A stretch of DNA of 64,000 bases from an uncultured Arthrobacter sp. (lineage in GTDB: Bacteria > Actinomycetota > Actinomycetes > Actinomycetales > Micrococcaceae). A model generated the notes under the pieces. It did not search any database. It was not told where the DNA came from and worked only from the letters and a program-made list of their open reading frames with translations. The translations under genes were made by a program, and so were the position numbers. Where the stretch lies: positions 48,172 to 112,171 of the forward strand of contig NZ_CANLXP010000001.1 in the NCBI RefSeq assembly GCF_947495145.1. Reading direction: 5' to 3'. Of the stretch, positions 20,283-30,936 are shown piece after piece (positions within the stretch are counted from its first letter, which is position 1; each line of letters begins with the position of its first letter).

Positions 20283-20936
20283 ATGGCCCTGACGCCAGAA
20301 GATGTTGTCAACAAGCGGTTTCAGCCCACTAAGTTCCGTGAGGGCTACGACCAGGACGAGGTGGATGACTTCCTCGACGAGATCGTCGTCGAGCTGCGTC
20401 GCCTGAACCAGGAGAATGACGATCTTCGCCGCCAGCTTTCGGAAGTTTCCACGGGCACGGCGCAGAACGCTGCTGTCCCCGCCCCGGTGGCCGCCAGCAC
20501 CAAGACCGAAGAGGTCCGTGAAGAAGAAAAGCCTGAGGAGCCGAAGGTAGAGGCGCCGAAGGTGGAGGAGCGTCCCGCCCCCCAGCCGGCTGCTGCTGCC
20601 CCGGTTCAGCAGAGCGGTACCGCCGAGTCCGCGGCGGGCGTTCTGGCAATGGCGCAGAAGCTTCACGATGAGTACGTCAATGCAGGTGTTGAGCAGCGCG
20701 ACAAGATCATTGCCGAAGCGCAGATTGAAGCCAGCGGGCTAGTCAATGACGCCCAGGAGAAGAGCCGCAAGGTACTCGGCGCCCTCGAACAGCAGAAGTC
20801 AGTCCTTGAGCGTAAGGTGGAGCAGCTCCGCAGCTTCGAGCGCGACTACCGCTCCCGCCTCAAGGCGTACATCGAGGGACAGCTTCGCGACCTCGATTCC
20901 CGCGGGTCAGTCGCGTCGGAAACTGCTGACGCCTAA
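20283..20936 (+). CDS. divIVA: DivIVA-domain polar growth / division protein (Wag31-like)
   Basis: N-terminus MALTPEDVVNKRFQPTKFREGYDQDEVDDFLDEIV followed by a coiled-coil C-terminal half. Confidence 0.9.
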   Translation: MALTPEDVVNKRFQPTKFREGYDQDEVDDFLDEIVVELRRLNQENDDLRRQLSEVSTGTAQNAAVPAPVAASTKTEEVREEEKPEEPKVEAPKVEERPAPQPAAAAPVQQSGTAESAAGVLAMAQKLHDEYVNAGVEQRDKIIAEAQIEASGLVNDAQEKSRKVLGALEQQKSVLERKVEQLRSFERDYRSRLKAYIEGQLRDLDSRGSVASETADA

Positions 20937-20953
20937 CCCGGAGTCAAGTTTGC

Positions 20954-20990
20954 AGAGGCCAGCCGCCGGTTTATCCGGCGGCTGGCCTCT
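20954..20990 (+). terminator. Stem-loop terminator after divIVA
   Basis: Perfect 16-bp stem: AGAGGCCAGCCGCCGG (20954-20969) pairs with CCGGCGGCTGGCCTCT (20975-20990). Loop is TTTAT. Confidence 0.6.
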
Positions 20991-21057
20991 GCCGTACTCT
21001 GGATGGTGAGCTAAGCGTCCATTGCCGCCGCCTTCGGCGCGTACTACTGAAAGCACC

Positions 21058-21660
21058 ATGACCGAGCATCAGCCCGCCTCAGGCCACGATTCCGGCCGCC
21101 CCCATCGCAAGCATGGTAAACGGATCGGAGTACGTTATGCCCTGCTTCTGGTTGCCTTCGCGCTGGTTGCCTACATCTTCGATCAGCTCACCAAGATCTG
21201 GGTGGTCGCCACCATGGCGGAGGGCCAGATCACTGAGGTGCTGCCGCCCGTGTTGAGCTGGCACTTCATTCGCAATCCCGGTGCGGCGTTCTCCATCGGG
21301 ACGGAAATCACCTGGGTCTTCACGATCATTCAGGGACTCGTTTCCCTCGCCATCATCTCCCAGATCGGGAAGGTCGCCTCGAAAGGCTGGGCCGTCGCGC
21401 TGGGGCTGGTGCTGGGCGGCGCCCTCGGAAACTTCACCGACCGAGTGCTTCGCGAACCCGCCTTCGGGCAGGGGCACGTCGTCGATTTCATTGCGCTGCC
21501 CAACTTCGCGATCTTCAACATCGCCGACACGGCCGTCGTCAGCGGTGTCATTCTCATCTGTCTCCTGACGCTGCGCGGCATCGGCATGGACGGGCGGCGC
21601 AGCAATGAGGAGCAGGAGCACACAGACGGATCCGAGGTGGCGGAAGATGAGCGTCCCTAA
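21058..21660 (+). CDS. lspA: Lipoprotein signal peptidase (signal peptidase II)
   Basis: Contains [11 protein letters not shown] and [19 protein letters not shown] (catalytic Asp regions) and four TM helices. ATG 21058 is preferred over TTG 21022. Confidence 0.9.
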   Translation: MTEHQPASGHDSGRPHRKHGKRIGVRYALLLVAFALVAYIFDQLTKIWVVATMAEGQITEVLPPVLSWHFIRNPGAAFSIGTEITWVFTIIQGLVSLAIISQIGKVASKGWAVALGLVLGGALGNFTDRVLREPAFGQGHVVDFIALPNFAIFNIADTAVVSGVILICLLTLRGIGMDGRRSNEEQEHTDGSEVAEDERP

Positions 21661-22579
21661 CGCATTCGATATTCCGGAATCGGCGGAGGGCCAGCGCATG
21701 GATGCTGTCCTGGCCTCGCTGACCGGAGCCTCCCGTTCAGTCGCTGCGACGTGGTGCAGCGCCGGGTACGTCACACTGGATGGCGCTACCGTGCAGAAGT
21801 CGGCGCGCGCGGTGCCGGGAAGCCGCCTCATCGTGACTGTGCCGGACCAACCGGACCCCCTGCAGATTGTGGCCGAGCCCGTCGAGGGGATGGAAATCCT
21901 GCTTGACGACGAAGACTTCGTGGTCATCGACAAACCGGTCGGCGTCGCTGCACATCCGTCGCCGGGTTGGGTGGGTCCCACGGTAGTTGGAGCGCTGGCG
22001 GCCGCGGGTTACCGGATCTCCACCTCGGGCGCCCCGGAGCGGGTAGGCATCGTCCACCGGCTCGACGTCGGGACCTCCGGAGCCATGGTGGTTGCCAAGA
22101 GCGAGCATGCCTATACCGCCCTCAAACAAGCTTTCCGAGAGCGGACGGTCGACAAGCAGTACCATGCGCTTGTCCAGGGCCTGCCGGATCCGCTTGAAGG
22201 AACGATCGAGGCCCCGATCGGCCGTCACCCCGCGCATGACTGGAAGTTTGCCGTCATGGAGGACGGGCGCCCGTCCGTCACCCACTACTGGGTTGAGGAA
22301 GCTTTCGGCAAGGCGACGCTGGTCAAAGTGCGGCTGGAAACGGGACGTACCCATCAGATCCGCGTTCACTTCTCGGCGCTCCGGCACCCGTGTGCCGGTG
22401 ATCTCACCTATGGCGCAGATCCGAAGCTGGCGGCCGAGCTGGGCCTCACCCGCCAGTGGCTGCATGCCAGCATGCTTTCCTTCGCCCACCCGCGCAGCGG
22501 TGAGCGGGTGGCCGTCGAGAGCAAGTTCCCCATGGACCTGCAGTACGCCCTCGACGCGCTGGCCACCGGGATGGTCTAA
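21647..22579 (+). CDS. rluD: RluA-family 23S rRNA pseudouridine synthase (RluD-like)
   Basis: S4-like N-terminus and the catalytic motif [18 protein letters not shown] 21647 overlaps the lspA end. Confidence 0.88.
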   Translation: MSVPNAFDIPESAEGQRMDAVLASLTGASRSVAATWCSAGYVTLDGATVQKSARAVPGSRLIVTVPDQPDPLQIVAEPVEGMEILLDDEDFVVIDKPVGVAAHPSPGWVGPTVVGALAAAGYRISTSGAPERVGIVHRLDVGTSGAMVVAKSEHAYTALKQAFRERTVDKQYHALVQGLPDPLEGTIEAPIGRHPAHDWKFAVMEDGRPSVTHYWVEEAFGKATLVKVRLETGRTHQIRVHFSALRHPCAGDLTYGADPKLAAELGLTRQWLHASMLSFAHPRSGERVAVESKFPMDLQYALDALATGMV

Positions 22580-22635
22580 AACCGACACTCGCGCAGCGGC
22601 AACCCGGAAGGGTCCCGGGCGCTCGCTAGAATGAG

Positions 22636-25600
22636 TTGGTGGTTTCCTCAGCTCCGTCCTCATCCCGAGTTGCCCAGGCTCCGTCCCGCGACTCATTTGT
22701 CCACCTACACAACCACACCGAGTACTCGATGCTCGATGGCGCCGCCCGCCTGAATGACCTGTTCAGCCACACAGCCGAGCTCGGAATGAACGCGCTGGCC
22801 ACCACAGACCATGGGTTCGTGTTCGGGGCCTTCGACTTCTGGAACAAGGCCCGCAACGCCGGCATCAAGCCCATCGTCGGCGTCGAGGCATACCTCACGC
22901 CGGGAACCGCCCGCGCAGACAAGACCCGTGTCAAGTGGGGCGGCGGCGGACGCGACGACGTCTCCGGCGCAGGCGCGTACACCCACATGACGCTCTGGTC
23001 CGAGACGACCGAGGGGATGCATAATCTCTTCCGGATGTCCTCCCTGGCATCGCTGGAGGGCTACCTGTACAAGCCCCGCATGGACCGTGATCTGCTGCAG
23101 ACCTACGGCAAAGGGTTGATTGGCACCACCGGCTGCCCGTCCGGTGAGGTGCAAACCAAGCTGCGCCTCGGCCTGTACCGCGAGGCACTGCAGGCCGCAT
23201 CCGACTTCCGGGACATCTTCGGTCCCGACAACTTCTTCTGTGAGCTCATGGATCACGGGCTCGATATCGAGCGGAACGTTCACGCCGACCTCATCAAGCT
23301 CGCCCGGGAACTGGGCCTGCCCCTCGTGGCAACCAATGACCTGCACTACACCCACGCGGAGGACGCCAAAGCCCACGCGGCGCTGCTCTGCGTGCAGTCG
23401 GGCTCCTCCATGGCGGATCCGAAGCGGTTCAAATTCGACGCTGACGAGTTCTATCTCAAGTCTCCGGCGGAGATGCGGGCGGTGTTCCGCGACTTCCCTG
23501 AGGCCTGTGACAACACCCTGCTCATCGCTGAACGCTGTGACGTCGAATTCAATACCAATGCCAACTACATGCCGCGGTTCCCCGTCCCGGAAGGGGAGAA
23601 CGAGCAATCGTGGTTCGTCAAGGAGGTGGAGAAGGGCCTTCACTACCGCTACCCGGAGGGCATCCCGGACGACGTCCGCAAACAGGCGGACTACGAGGTC
23701 GGGGTTATTTCCCAGATGGGCTTCCCGGGATATTTCCTCGTGGTCGCCGACTTCATCAACTGGGCCAAGAACAACGGCATCCGGGTAGGCCCGGGCCGCG
23801 GCTCCGGCGCCGGTTCAATGGCCGCTTACGCCATGCGCATCACCGATCTTGATCCCTTGCGCCACGGCCTCATCTTCGAACGTTTCCTCAACCCGGACCG
23901 CGTGTCCATGCCCGACTTCGATGTCGACTTCGATGATCGCCGCCGCGCGGAAGTGATCCGTTACGTCACCGAGAAGTACGGCGACGAGCGCGTCGCGATG
24001 ATCGTTACCTACGGCACCATCAAAGCCAAGCAGGCACTGAAGGACTCCTCGCGCGTCATGGGCTATCCGTTCTCCATGGGGGAGCGGCTCACAAAGGCCA
24101 TGCCGCCGGACGTGATGGGCAAGGGCATCGCCCTGGCGGACGTCCACAATAAGGAGGGCAAGCGCTACTCCGAGGCGGAGGAGCTTCGGGAACTCCTGAA
24201 ATCCGACGCCGGCGCTCAGAAGGTCTTTGAGACCGCGCTGGGACTTGAGGGCCTGAAGCGGCAGTGGGGCGTTCATGCCGCCGGTGTGATCATGTCGTCA
24301 GAGCCGCTGATCGACATCATCCCGATCATGCGCCGTGACCAGGACGGGCAGATAATCACGCAGTTCGACTATCCAACCTGTGAGGGCCTCGGCCTGATCA
24401 AGATGGACTTTTTGGGCCTGCGAAACCTGACGATCATGACCGACGCGCTTGAGAACATCAAGTTCAACCGCAACTTCGACCTGGACCTTGAAACCCTGCC
24501 GCTGGAGGACAAGGAATCCTACGAGCTGTTGGCCCGCGGTGACACGCTGGGCGTGTTCCAGCTCGACGGCGGGCCCATGCGGTCGCTGCTGAAGCTTATG
24601 CGCCCGGACAACTTCGAGGACATCTCGGCCGTCATCGCGCTTTACCGGCCCGGCCCCATGGGCGCCAATTCGCACACGAACTACGCGCTGCGAAAGACCG
24701 GCATGCAGGAGATCACTCCAATCCATCCGGAGCTGGAGGAGCCGCTTGCCGAGATCCTGAACACCACCTACGGCCTGATCGTGTATCAGGAGCAGGTGAT
24801 GGCCATCGCGCAGAAGGTCGCGGGCTACTCCCTCGGTCAGGCGGACATTCTCCGGCGCGCCATGGGCAAAAAGAAGAAAGAGGAGCTGGACAAGCAGTTT
24901 GCCGGCTTCTCGCAGGGCATGAAGGACAGCGGCTACTCCGACGCCGCGGTCAAGACGCTCTGGGACATCCTCCTGCCGTTCTCGGACTACGCCTTCAACA
25001 AGGCGCACTCCGCAGCGTATGGCGTGGTCGCCTACTGGACGGCTTACCTTAAGGCGCATTTCCCTTCCGAGTACATGGCAGCGCTGCTGACGAGCGTCGG
25101 AGACGACAAGGACAAGCTCGCGCTCTACCTGAACGAGTGCCGCCGCATGGGCATCACTGTGCTGCCGCCGGACGTCAATGAGTCGAGCGTTAACTTCACT
25201 CCGGTCGGTACCGATATCCGCTTCGGCATGGGTGCGATCCGAAACGTCGGCGCCAACGTGGTCGGTGCAATGGTGGCCGCACGGGAGGAAAAGGGTGCGT
25301 TTGAATCCTTCTCGGACTTCCTGCAGAAGGTTCCGGCCGTGGTCTGCAACAAGCGGACCATCGAGTCGCTGATCAAGGCCGGGGCCTTCGACTCATTGGG
25401 CCACCCGCGCCGCGCCCTGGCGATGATCCATGAGGAAGCGGTCGATTCCGTCGTCGTACTCAAACGGAACGAAGCCGCCAACCAGTTCGATCTCTTCAGC
25501 GCATTCGATGATCCGGCCGCCGGTACCGGCCTTTCCGTTGAGGTCCCGGACCTGCCGGAGTGGGCAAAGAAGGACAAGCTCGCATTCGAGCGCGACATGC

Positions 25601-26205
25601 TGGGTCTGTATGTATCGGACCACCCACTCCAGGGCCTGGAAGGGCTTCTCAGCCAGCACGCGGACTCGGCCATCACCTCGATCATCGGTGAGGAAGGCCC
25701 GGCCGACGGCGCCTCAGTCACGATTGCGGGAATGATTACCAACCTGCAGCGCCGGATCGCTAAAAACAGCGGAAACGCGTATGCGAGGGCCGAGATTGAG
25801 GATCTGGGCGGATCAATGGAGGTCATGTTCTTCGGTCAGGTGTATGGCCCGATCGCCTCGGTGCTCGCCGAGGACCTAATTGTGGTGGTCCGCGGACGGC
25901 TGCAGCGGCGCGACGATGGCACAGTGACCCTGAACGCGCAGGAATTGTCGGTTCCTGACCTGACCGAGGGACACTCCGGCCCAGTGGTTATTTCCATGCT
26001 TCACCACAGGGCCACCGAACCCGTGATCAACGAACTCGGCTCGGTACTGCGGCAGCACCGTGGCAATTCCGAGGTGCGGTTGCATGTGCGGAAGGAACGC
26101 CAGATGTCGGTGCTTTCACTGCCGGTGGAACTTCGCGTGAACCCCACGCCGGCTCTGTTCGGGGACCTCAAGGTGCTGCTTGGACCGACGTGCCTCGATG
26201 CATGA
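22636..26205 (+). CDS. dnaE: DNA polymerase III alpha subunit
   Basis: 1189 aa. The PHP domain starts FVHLHNHTEYSMLDGA, followed by the polymerase core and OB fold. The start codon is uncertain (TTG 22636 or GTG 22639). Confidence 0.97.
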   Translation: MVVSSAPSSSRVAQAPSRDSFVHLHNHTEYSMLDGAARLNDLFSHTAELGMNALATTDHGFVFGAFDFWNKARNAGIKPIVGVEAYLTPGTARADKTRVKWGGGGRDDVSGAGAYTHMTLWSETTEGMHNLFRMSSLASLEGYLYKPRMDRDLLQTYGKGLIGTTGCPSGEVQTKLRLGLYREALQAASDFRDIFGPDNFFCELMDHGLDIERNVHADLIKLARELGLPLVATNDLHYTHAEDAKAHAALLCVQSGSSMADPKRFKFDADEFYLKSPAEMRAVFRDFPEACDNTLLIAERCDVEFNTNANYMPRFPVPEGENEQSWFVKEVEKGLHYRYPEGIPDDVRKQADYEVGVISQMGFPGYFLVVADFINWAKNNGIRVGPGRGSGAGSMAAYAMRITDLDPLRHGLIFERFLNPDRVSMPDFDVDFDDRRRAEVIRYVTEKYGDERVAMIVTYGTIKAKQALKDSSRVMGYPFSMGERLTKAMPPDVMGKGIALADVHNKEGKRYSEAEELRELLKSDAGAQKVFETALGLEGLKRQWGVHAAGVIMSSEPLIDIIPIMRRDQDGQIITQFDYPTCEGLGLIKMDFLGLRNLTIMTDALENIKFNRNFDLDLETLPLEDKESYELLARGDTLGVFQLDGGPMRSLLKLMRPDNFEDISAVIALYRPGPMGANSHTNYALRKTGMQEITPIHPELEEPLAEILNTTYGLIVYQEQVMAIAQKVAGYSLGQADILRRAMGKKKKEELDKQFAGFSQGMKDSGYSDAAVKTLWDILLPFSDYAFNKAHSAAYGVVAYWTAYLKAHFPSEYMAALLTSVGDDKDKLALYLNECRRMGITVLPPDVNESSVNFTPVGTDIRFGMGAIRNVGANVVGAMVAAREEKGAFESFSDFLQKVPAVVCNKRTIESLIKAGAFDSLGHPRRALAMIHEEAVDSVVVLKRNEAANQFDLFSAFDDPAAGTGLSVEVPDLPEWAKKDKLAFERDMLGLYVSDHPLQGLEGLLSQHADSAITSIIGEEGPADGASVTIAGMITNLQRRIAKNSGNAYARAEIEDLGGSMEVMFFGQVYGPIASVLAEDLIVVVRGRLQRRDDGTVTLNAQELSVPDLTEGHSGPVVISMLHHRATEPVINELGSVLRQHRGNSEVRLHVRKERQMSVLSLPVELRVNPTPALFGDLKVLLGPTCLDA

Positions 26206-26238
26206 GTAGCGACAGTCAGGACCGGTTAGATTAGACGG

Positions 26239-26751
26239 ATGCAGGATTCAGCAGCGCAGCCCGGTACGTACCCACCCCCGGTCTATGCCGGTCCCGCTGC
26301 CCGGACACCGGTGCCGCCGTCGTCGCTGCTTTGGTGGGCCGCAGCCATGGCACTGCTGGGACCTGTGCTTGGTGTCATCTGGTGGTTCGCCTCGCCGGGC
26401 GGTGGACTGTACGGCGATCGTGCAACGGCCGAGACCTGGCTGATTCGCGATCTAGTGCTCGGAGGCCTTGAGCTGATCGCCGGCGTCGTCGTCGGTTGGC
26501 TGCTCACCAATCGGCTGGATCTGCCCGGCGCGTGGCAGCGCGTGTGCACCGCAGTGTCAGGAAGCCTCCTGGGTTCCGTCCTTGCTGTTGCGGTGGGGCA
26601 GGGACTCGGGTCCCTGTTCTCCGGAGGCGATACGGAGTTTCCGTTTGTCCTGCGGTCCCTGGGAGTGGCACTGATCTGGCCGGCAGCAACCGCGCTCGTG
26701 GTGTTCCTGGCCTCGCTGCTCGGCCTGCTGCTTGTCAGGCAGAAGCGCTAG
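26239..26751 (+). CDS. Hypothetical membrane protein (DUF2567-like)
   Basis: 170 aa with four predicted TM helices and a Pro-rich N-terminus. The family assignment is from memory only. Confidence 0.55.
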   Translation: MQDSAAQPGTYPPPVYAGPAARTPVPPSSLLWWAAAMALLGPVLGVIWWFASPGGGLYGDRATAETWLIRDLVLGGLELIAGVVVGWLLTNRLDLPGAWQRVCTAVSGSLLGSVLAVAVGQGLGSLFSGGDTEFPFVLRSLGVALIWPAATALVVFLASLLGLLLVRQKR

Positions 26752-26813
26752 CGCTTCAGAGCCGAAAAGGAAAGTGGGCAGGGGCCAGCCCGGCCGCCGG
26801 TAGAATTGCGGCT

Positions 26814-28166
26814 GTGACTGCTCAGACCGCACCCGCTTCCTTTGACGCCTTCCGCACCATTGACCTGCGCGGAACGCAGCTGTCCACAGCTGAATTACGC
26901 GCAGCGATGCCACGAAGCACCGCAGCATCTTTCGATTCGGTTGCCTCACGTGTCGAAAGCATCATTACGGACGTCCGGACGCGCGGTTTCGGTGCGCTCA
27001 GCGAACTGGCACAGCGGTTCGACGGCGTGGAACAGTCCCATCCGCGGGTGCCCGCTGAGGCGCTGCGCGAGGCTCTCCGTACCCTGGCTCCGGAGGTGCG
27101 CGCCGCGCTGGAGGAATCCATCGACCGCGCTCGCACATTTGCGCAAAAACAGCTGCCTCAGGACACCGTCGTCGACATCCGCCCCGGCGCGGCGCTGACC
27201 CAGCGCTGGGTGCCTGTGGGCAGGGTAGGGCTGTACGTGCCCGGTGGGCTCGCGGTTCTGGCCTCGTCGGTCGTGATGAACGTCGTGCCAGCGCAGGCCG
27301 CAGGTGTCGAATCCATTGCGCTGGCATCGCCGCCGCACAAGGATTTCGGCGGGCTGCCGCACCCGGTAATTCTCGCAGCCGCCGAACTTCTGGGGGTCAC
27401 CGAGGTGTACGGGATCGGGGGTGCCCAGGCAATTGCCGCCTTCGCCTACGGCGTGTCCGGCGAGGAGGGCCGGGATGCAATTGAGCCCGTCGACGTCGTT
27501 ACCGGCCCGGGAAATATCTACGTAGCAACCGCCAAGCGTCTCGTCAAGGGCGTGGTCGGCATCGACGCTGAGGCCGGCACCACCGAGATCGCGGTGCTGG
27601 CGGACGCCACCGCGCGGCCGCGGCTGGTTGCCGCCGATCTCATCAGCCAGGCGGAACACGACCCGAATGCCGCTTCGGTCCTCATCACGCCCTCAACCGA
27701 GCTCGCGGCGGCGGTTCGAGCAGAACTGTCGATACAACTTAAATCCGCCCGGCACCAGGAACGCGTGGGAACAGCACTGTCGGGACCCCAGTCCGGGACA
27801 ATCCTGGTAGACGATATCGATCATGGCGTTGCCGTTTGCGACGCCTACGCCGCCGAGCACCTCGAAGTGCACACCGAACGGGCGTCCGAAGTTGCTGCCC
27901 GCATCAGGAATGCCGGGGCTATTTTCGTGGGCGACTACAGTCCCGTAAGCCTCGGGGACTACTGCGCCGGCTCCAACCACGTTCTGCCTACAGCAGGTAC
28001 GGCCGCCTTCGCCTCAGGGCTGAGCGTTTTCACCTTTCTGCGCGCGATGCAGGTCATCGATTACAGTGCCGAGGCACTACGCGAAGTCAGCGAACACGTC
28101 GTTCACCTCGCCCAGGCAGAGGATCTCCCAGGGCACGGCGACGCGGTGCGGGTGCGCTTCTCCTGA
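26814..28166 (+). CDS. hisD: Histidinol dehydrogenase
   Basis: GTG 26814 gives about 450 aa. Contains [21 protein letters not shown] and [12 protein letters not shown] motifs. The ORF-track start at 26496 overlaps the previous gene. Confidence 0.93.
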   Translation: MTAQTAPASFDAFRTIDLRGTQLSTAELRAAMPRSTAASFDSVASRVESIITDVRTRGFGALSELAQRFDGVEQSHPRVPAEALREALRTLAPEVRAALEESIDRARTFAQKQLPQDTVVDIRPGAALTQRWVPVGRVGLYVPGGLAVLASSVVMNVVPAQAAGVESIALASPPHKDFGGLPHPVILAAAELLGVTEVYGIGGAQAIAAFAYGVSGEEGRDAIEPVDVVTGPGNIYVATAKRLVKGVVGIDAEAGTTEIAVLADATARPRLVAADLISQAEHDPNAASVLITPSTELAAAVRAELSIQLKSARHQERVGTALSGPQSGTILVDDIDHGVAVCDAYAAEHLEVHTERASEVAARIRNAGAIFVGDYSPVSLGDYCAGSNHVLPTAGTAAFASGLSVFTFLRAMQVIDYSAEALREVSEHVVHLAQAEDLPGHGDAVRVRFS

Positions 28167-28209
28167 CGCACCGCCGCCGTAACTGTATCCGGTCGTTGTT
28201 CCGGTCCAA

Positions 28210-28257
28210 CCACTACATCTGGTAATCACACTGTTGTAGTTTCACTACATCTAGTTC
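28210..28257 (+). promoter_or_regulatory. Tandem NrdR-box-like repeats overlapping the putative nrdR promoter
   Basis: CCACTACATCTGGTAA (28210-28225) and TCACTACATCTAGTTC (28242-28257) are offset by 32 bp. An inverted TGTAGT lies between them. TAGAAT (28257-28262) sits 8 nt upstream of the nrdR ATG. Confidence 0.45.
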
Positions 28258-28269
28258 TAGAATGGTGGA

Positions 28270-28770
28270 ATGTACTGTCCGTTCTGCCGCAGTTCCGACT
28301 CACGGGTCGTTGACAGCAGGCTCACTGACGATGGATCGGCGATTCGCCGTCGGCGGCAGTGTCCCGAGTGCGGCAAGCGGTTCACAACCGTGGAAACCAC
28401 CAGCCTGTCGGTCATCAAACGCTCCGGAGTGGCTGAGCCGTTCAGCCGCAGCAAGGTAATCAGCGGAGTACGCAAAGCATGCCAGGGCCGTCCCGTCACT
28501 GAGGATGACCTCGCACTGCTTGCACAGGACGTGGAGGAATCCATCCGCGCCAGCGGTGTCGCCGAGATCGATGCCCACGAGGTGGGTCTTGCTATCCTCG
28601 GACCGCTTCAGAAGCTGGACCAGGTAGCGTATCTTCGCTTCGCCAGCGTGTACCAGGGCTTCGAATCGCTCGAGGACTTCGAGAAAGCCATCGGAAAACT
28701 CCGCCACGAAGCGGAGACCGGCGCCGGCAAGGTTCCCGCCGGTAACCAACGGCCGCTCACGGCCACCTGA
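28270..28770 (+). CDS. nrdR: Transcriptional repressor NrdR
   Basis: Zinc ribbon [17 protein letters not shown]...[15 protein letters not shown] followed by an ATP-cone domain. Confidence 0.95.
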   Translation: MYCPFCRSSDSRVVDSRLTDDGSAIRRRRQCPECGKRFTTVETTSLSVIKRSGVAEPFSRSKVISGVRKACQGRPVTEDDLALLAQDVEESIRASGVAEIDAHEVGLAILGPLQKLDQVAYLRFASVYQGFESLEDFEKAIGKLRHEAETGAGKVPAGNQRPLTAT

Positions 28771-28773
28771 TCT

Positions 28774-28813
28774 CCGGTGGTGGCAGCGGAGGGGAAGCCG
28801 CCGCCACCACCGG
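28774..28813. terminator. Stem-loop between convergent nrdR and ppgK
   Basis: CCGGTGGTGGC (28774-28784) pairs with GCCACCACCGG (28803-28813). There is additional inner GCGG/CCGC pairing. Confidence 0.5.
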
Positions 28814-28919
28814 CACCAAACAGCATTCACGCAACCGCGTTTGCTATGTCGTCGCGATGGCCGCGGTCGCTATGGCCGCGTCGATTCCGCGGATGGCCCC
28901 GGCATGGCGGTCGCCCGGG

Positions 28920-29747
28920 TTACCGTGCTTCGACGGGCTCGCTCTTGAAGTGCAGGGCTGCCTGCAGTGCCGCTCCCACAATGCCGGCGTGATTCCGCAG
29001 CTCGGCTGGGATGATAGGTGTGCGCAGCGACAGGTTGGGAAGGAAGTCCTTGCTCCGCTTGGAGATGCCTCCGCCCACGATGAAAAGTTCGGGGCTGAAC
29101 AGGAATTCGAGGTGGGAGAAGTACCGCTGCAGTTTGACGGAGTACTCATCCCAATTCAGGCCCAGCCGTTCGCGAGCTACGGCCGAAGCCTGAGTTTCGG
29201 CGTCGTGCCCGTCGATCTCAAGATGCCCAAGCTCTGCGTTCGGCACCAGCTTGCCGTCGAAGAGGAAAGCTGAGCCGATTCCCGTGCCGAGGGTGATTAC
29301 CAGGACCGTGCCGTTGGCGCCCTTACCGGCACCGTACTGAACTTCCGCGAGGCCGGCTGCATCGGCGTCATTGATGACGTGCACATCCCGGCCGAGCACC
29401 CTGGTGAACAGGGCATCCACGTCCGTGTCGATCCAGCTTTCGTCGACGTTGGCTGCTGAGCGGGCTACGCCATGCTGGATGATGGCGGGGAACGTCACAC
29501 CGATCGGCAGGGATTCGGACGGCGCGCCCTCCCTGGTGGACAGCTCAGCGACGATGTCGGCGACGACGACGGCGACTGCCTCCGGTGTGGCCGGTTGCGG
29601 TGTTTCGACGCGAAACCGGTCGCCCACAATTGCGCCGGCGGCCAGATCCACTATGCCGCCCTTGATCCCGGTGCCGCCGATATCAATACCGATGACCGTG
29701 CCGGGCAGGTGCCTGCCGTCTTTCAACTTGCCGCTGTTCTTGCCCAT
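28920..29747 (-). CDS. ppgK: Polyphosphate glucokinase (ROK family)
   Basis: ROK ATP-binding motif VIGIDIGGTGIKGG. Overall similarity to actinobacterial PpgK. Confidence 0.88.
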   Translation of the reverse strand: MGKNSGKLKDGRHLPGTVIGIDIGGTGIKGGIVDLAAGAIVGDRFRVETPQPATPEAVAVVVADIVAELSTREGAPSESLPIGVTFPAIIQHGVARSAANVDESWIDTDVDALFTRVLGRDVHVINDADAAGLAEVQYGAGKGANGTVLVITLGTGIGSAFLFDGKLVPNAELGHLEIDGHDAETQASAVARERLGLNWDEYSVKLQRYFSHLEFLFSPELFIVGGGISKRSKDFLPNLSLRTPIIPAELRNHAGIVGAALQAALHFKSEPVEAR

Positions 29748-29819
29748 GATTCTCCAGGGATCGCTTCGGGTGTATTACCCGCGCTACTCATTTCGACGCG
29801 CGGGGTGCTGCTGGTCTTG

Positions 29820-30698
29820 CTAGGGGAGTGTCAGAACCTCGGCGCCGGTTTCGGTCACCACGAGTGTGTGCTCAAACTGGGCCGTGCGCTTCCGGTCTTT
29901 GGTGACCACCGTCCAGTCATCAGGCCACATGTCCCACTCAATGGTTCCGAGGGTAAGCATGGGCTCAATGGTGAACACCATTCCCGGTTCAATCACCCGG
30001 TTGTAGGCGGGCGCAGCATCGTAATGCGGGATGATCAATCCAGTGTGAAATGCTTCGCCCACTCCATGACCTGTGAAGTCCCGCACAACACCGTAGCCGA
30101 ACCTCCTTGCATACGACTCAATGGCACGGCCGATTACGTTTATTTCCCGCCCGGGCGCAACTACTTTGATAGCGCGGTTCAGAGACTCCTGGGTGCGTTC
30201 CACCAGTAGCCGCGACTCTTCGTCGACCTCGCCCACAAGGAATGTGTAGTTCGTGTCCCCGTGGACTCCGTCAAGGTACGCGGTTATGTCGATATTGATG
30301 ATGTCGCCGTCGCGGAGCACGGTCGAGTCAGGGATGCCGTGGCAGATTACCTCATTGAGCGAGGAACACAGCGATTTGGGAAATCCGCGGTAGCCCAGCG
30401 TGGACGGATAGGCGCCGTGGTCCACGAGAAATCCGTGCCCTACCGCGTCCAGTTCATCGGTTGTCACGCCCGGCCGGATATGGCGGCCGACTTCCTGAAT
30501 GGCCTGTGCGGCGAGCCTGCCGGCGCGGCGGATCCGCTCGATCGTCTCAGAAGACTTCACCTCGGATCCCTCAAACCGGGCAGGACCGGGGCGGCCCACA
30601 TACTCCGGGCGCTGGATCGAAGACGGCACCTTGCGTGGAGGACTGAGAGTCCCACTGGTCAGCGTGCCGACGGGTGCGGTAGGGGAATGGTGGGGCAT
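29820..30698 (-). CDS. map: Type I methionyl aminopeptidase
   Basis: Metal-ligand regions [32 protein letters not shown] and AQFEHT. ATG 30698 (MPHHSP...) is preferred over the longer ORF start at 30752. Confidence 0.92.
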   Translation of the reverse strand: MPHHSPTAPVGTLTSGTLSPPRKVPSSIQRPEYVGRPGPARFEGSEVKSSETIERIRRAGRLAAQAIQEVGRHIRPGVTTDELDAVGHGFLVDHGAYPSTLGYRGFPKSLCSSLNEVICHGIPDSTVLRDGDIINIDITAYLDGVHGDTNYTFLVGEVDEESRLLVERTQESLNRAIKVVAPGREINVIGRAIESYARRFGYGVVRDFTGHGVGEAFHTGLIIPHYDAAPAYNRVIEPGMVFTIEPMLTLGTIEWDMWPDDWTVVTKDRKRTAQFEHTLVVTETGAEVLTLP

Positions 30699-30766
30699 AC
30701 CCTTGATCCTATCGGTGACAAACCGCCGTAGCCGAAAAGTAGAAAGCAACACTAAGGGAGGCCGGC

Positions 30767-30931
30767 ATGGTGCAGTACTGGTACAACGTTCAGACCCACG
30801 AGGTTGAAGAAGACGCTCAGTCTGACTGGAGCCAGCTCATCGGCCCATACCCCACCCGTGCGGAAGCGGAGCGCGCACTGGAAAAAGTCCAGGAACGCAA
30901 CCGCGCATGGGACGCACAGGACGAGGAATAG
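30767..30931 (+). CDS. Small conserved-looking hypothetical protein (54 aa), absent from the ORF track
   Basis: ATG 30767 is preceded by AAGGGAGG (30754-30761). Translation: [54 protein letters not shown], stop TAG 30929-30931. Third-position GC bias matches that of neighbouring genes. Confidence 0.6.
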   Translation: MVQYWYNVQTHEVEEDAQSDWSQLIGPYPTRAEAERALEKVQERNRAWDAQDEE

Positions 30932-30936
30932 CTCCT

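Noticed and set aside
26496-26813. N-terminal extension of the hisD ORF. Similar extensions occur for murG (12665), yggS (18259), the MFS gene (53258), the repressor (61797), lipB (41349) and pepA (52166).
   Set aside because: The extensions overlap the preceding genes, are Arg/Pro/Gly-rich non-conserved sequence, and lack an RBS. Internal starts give canonical N-termini.
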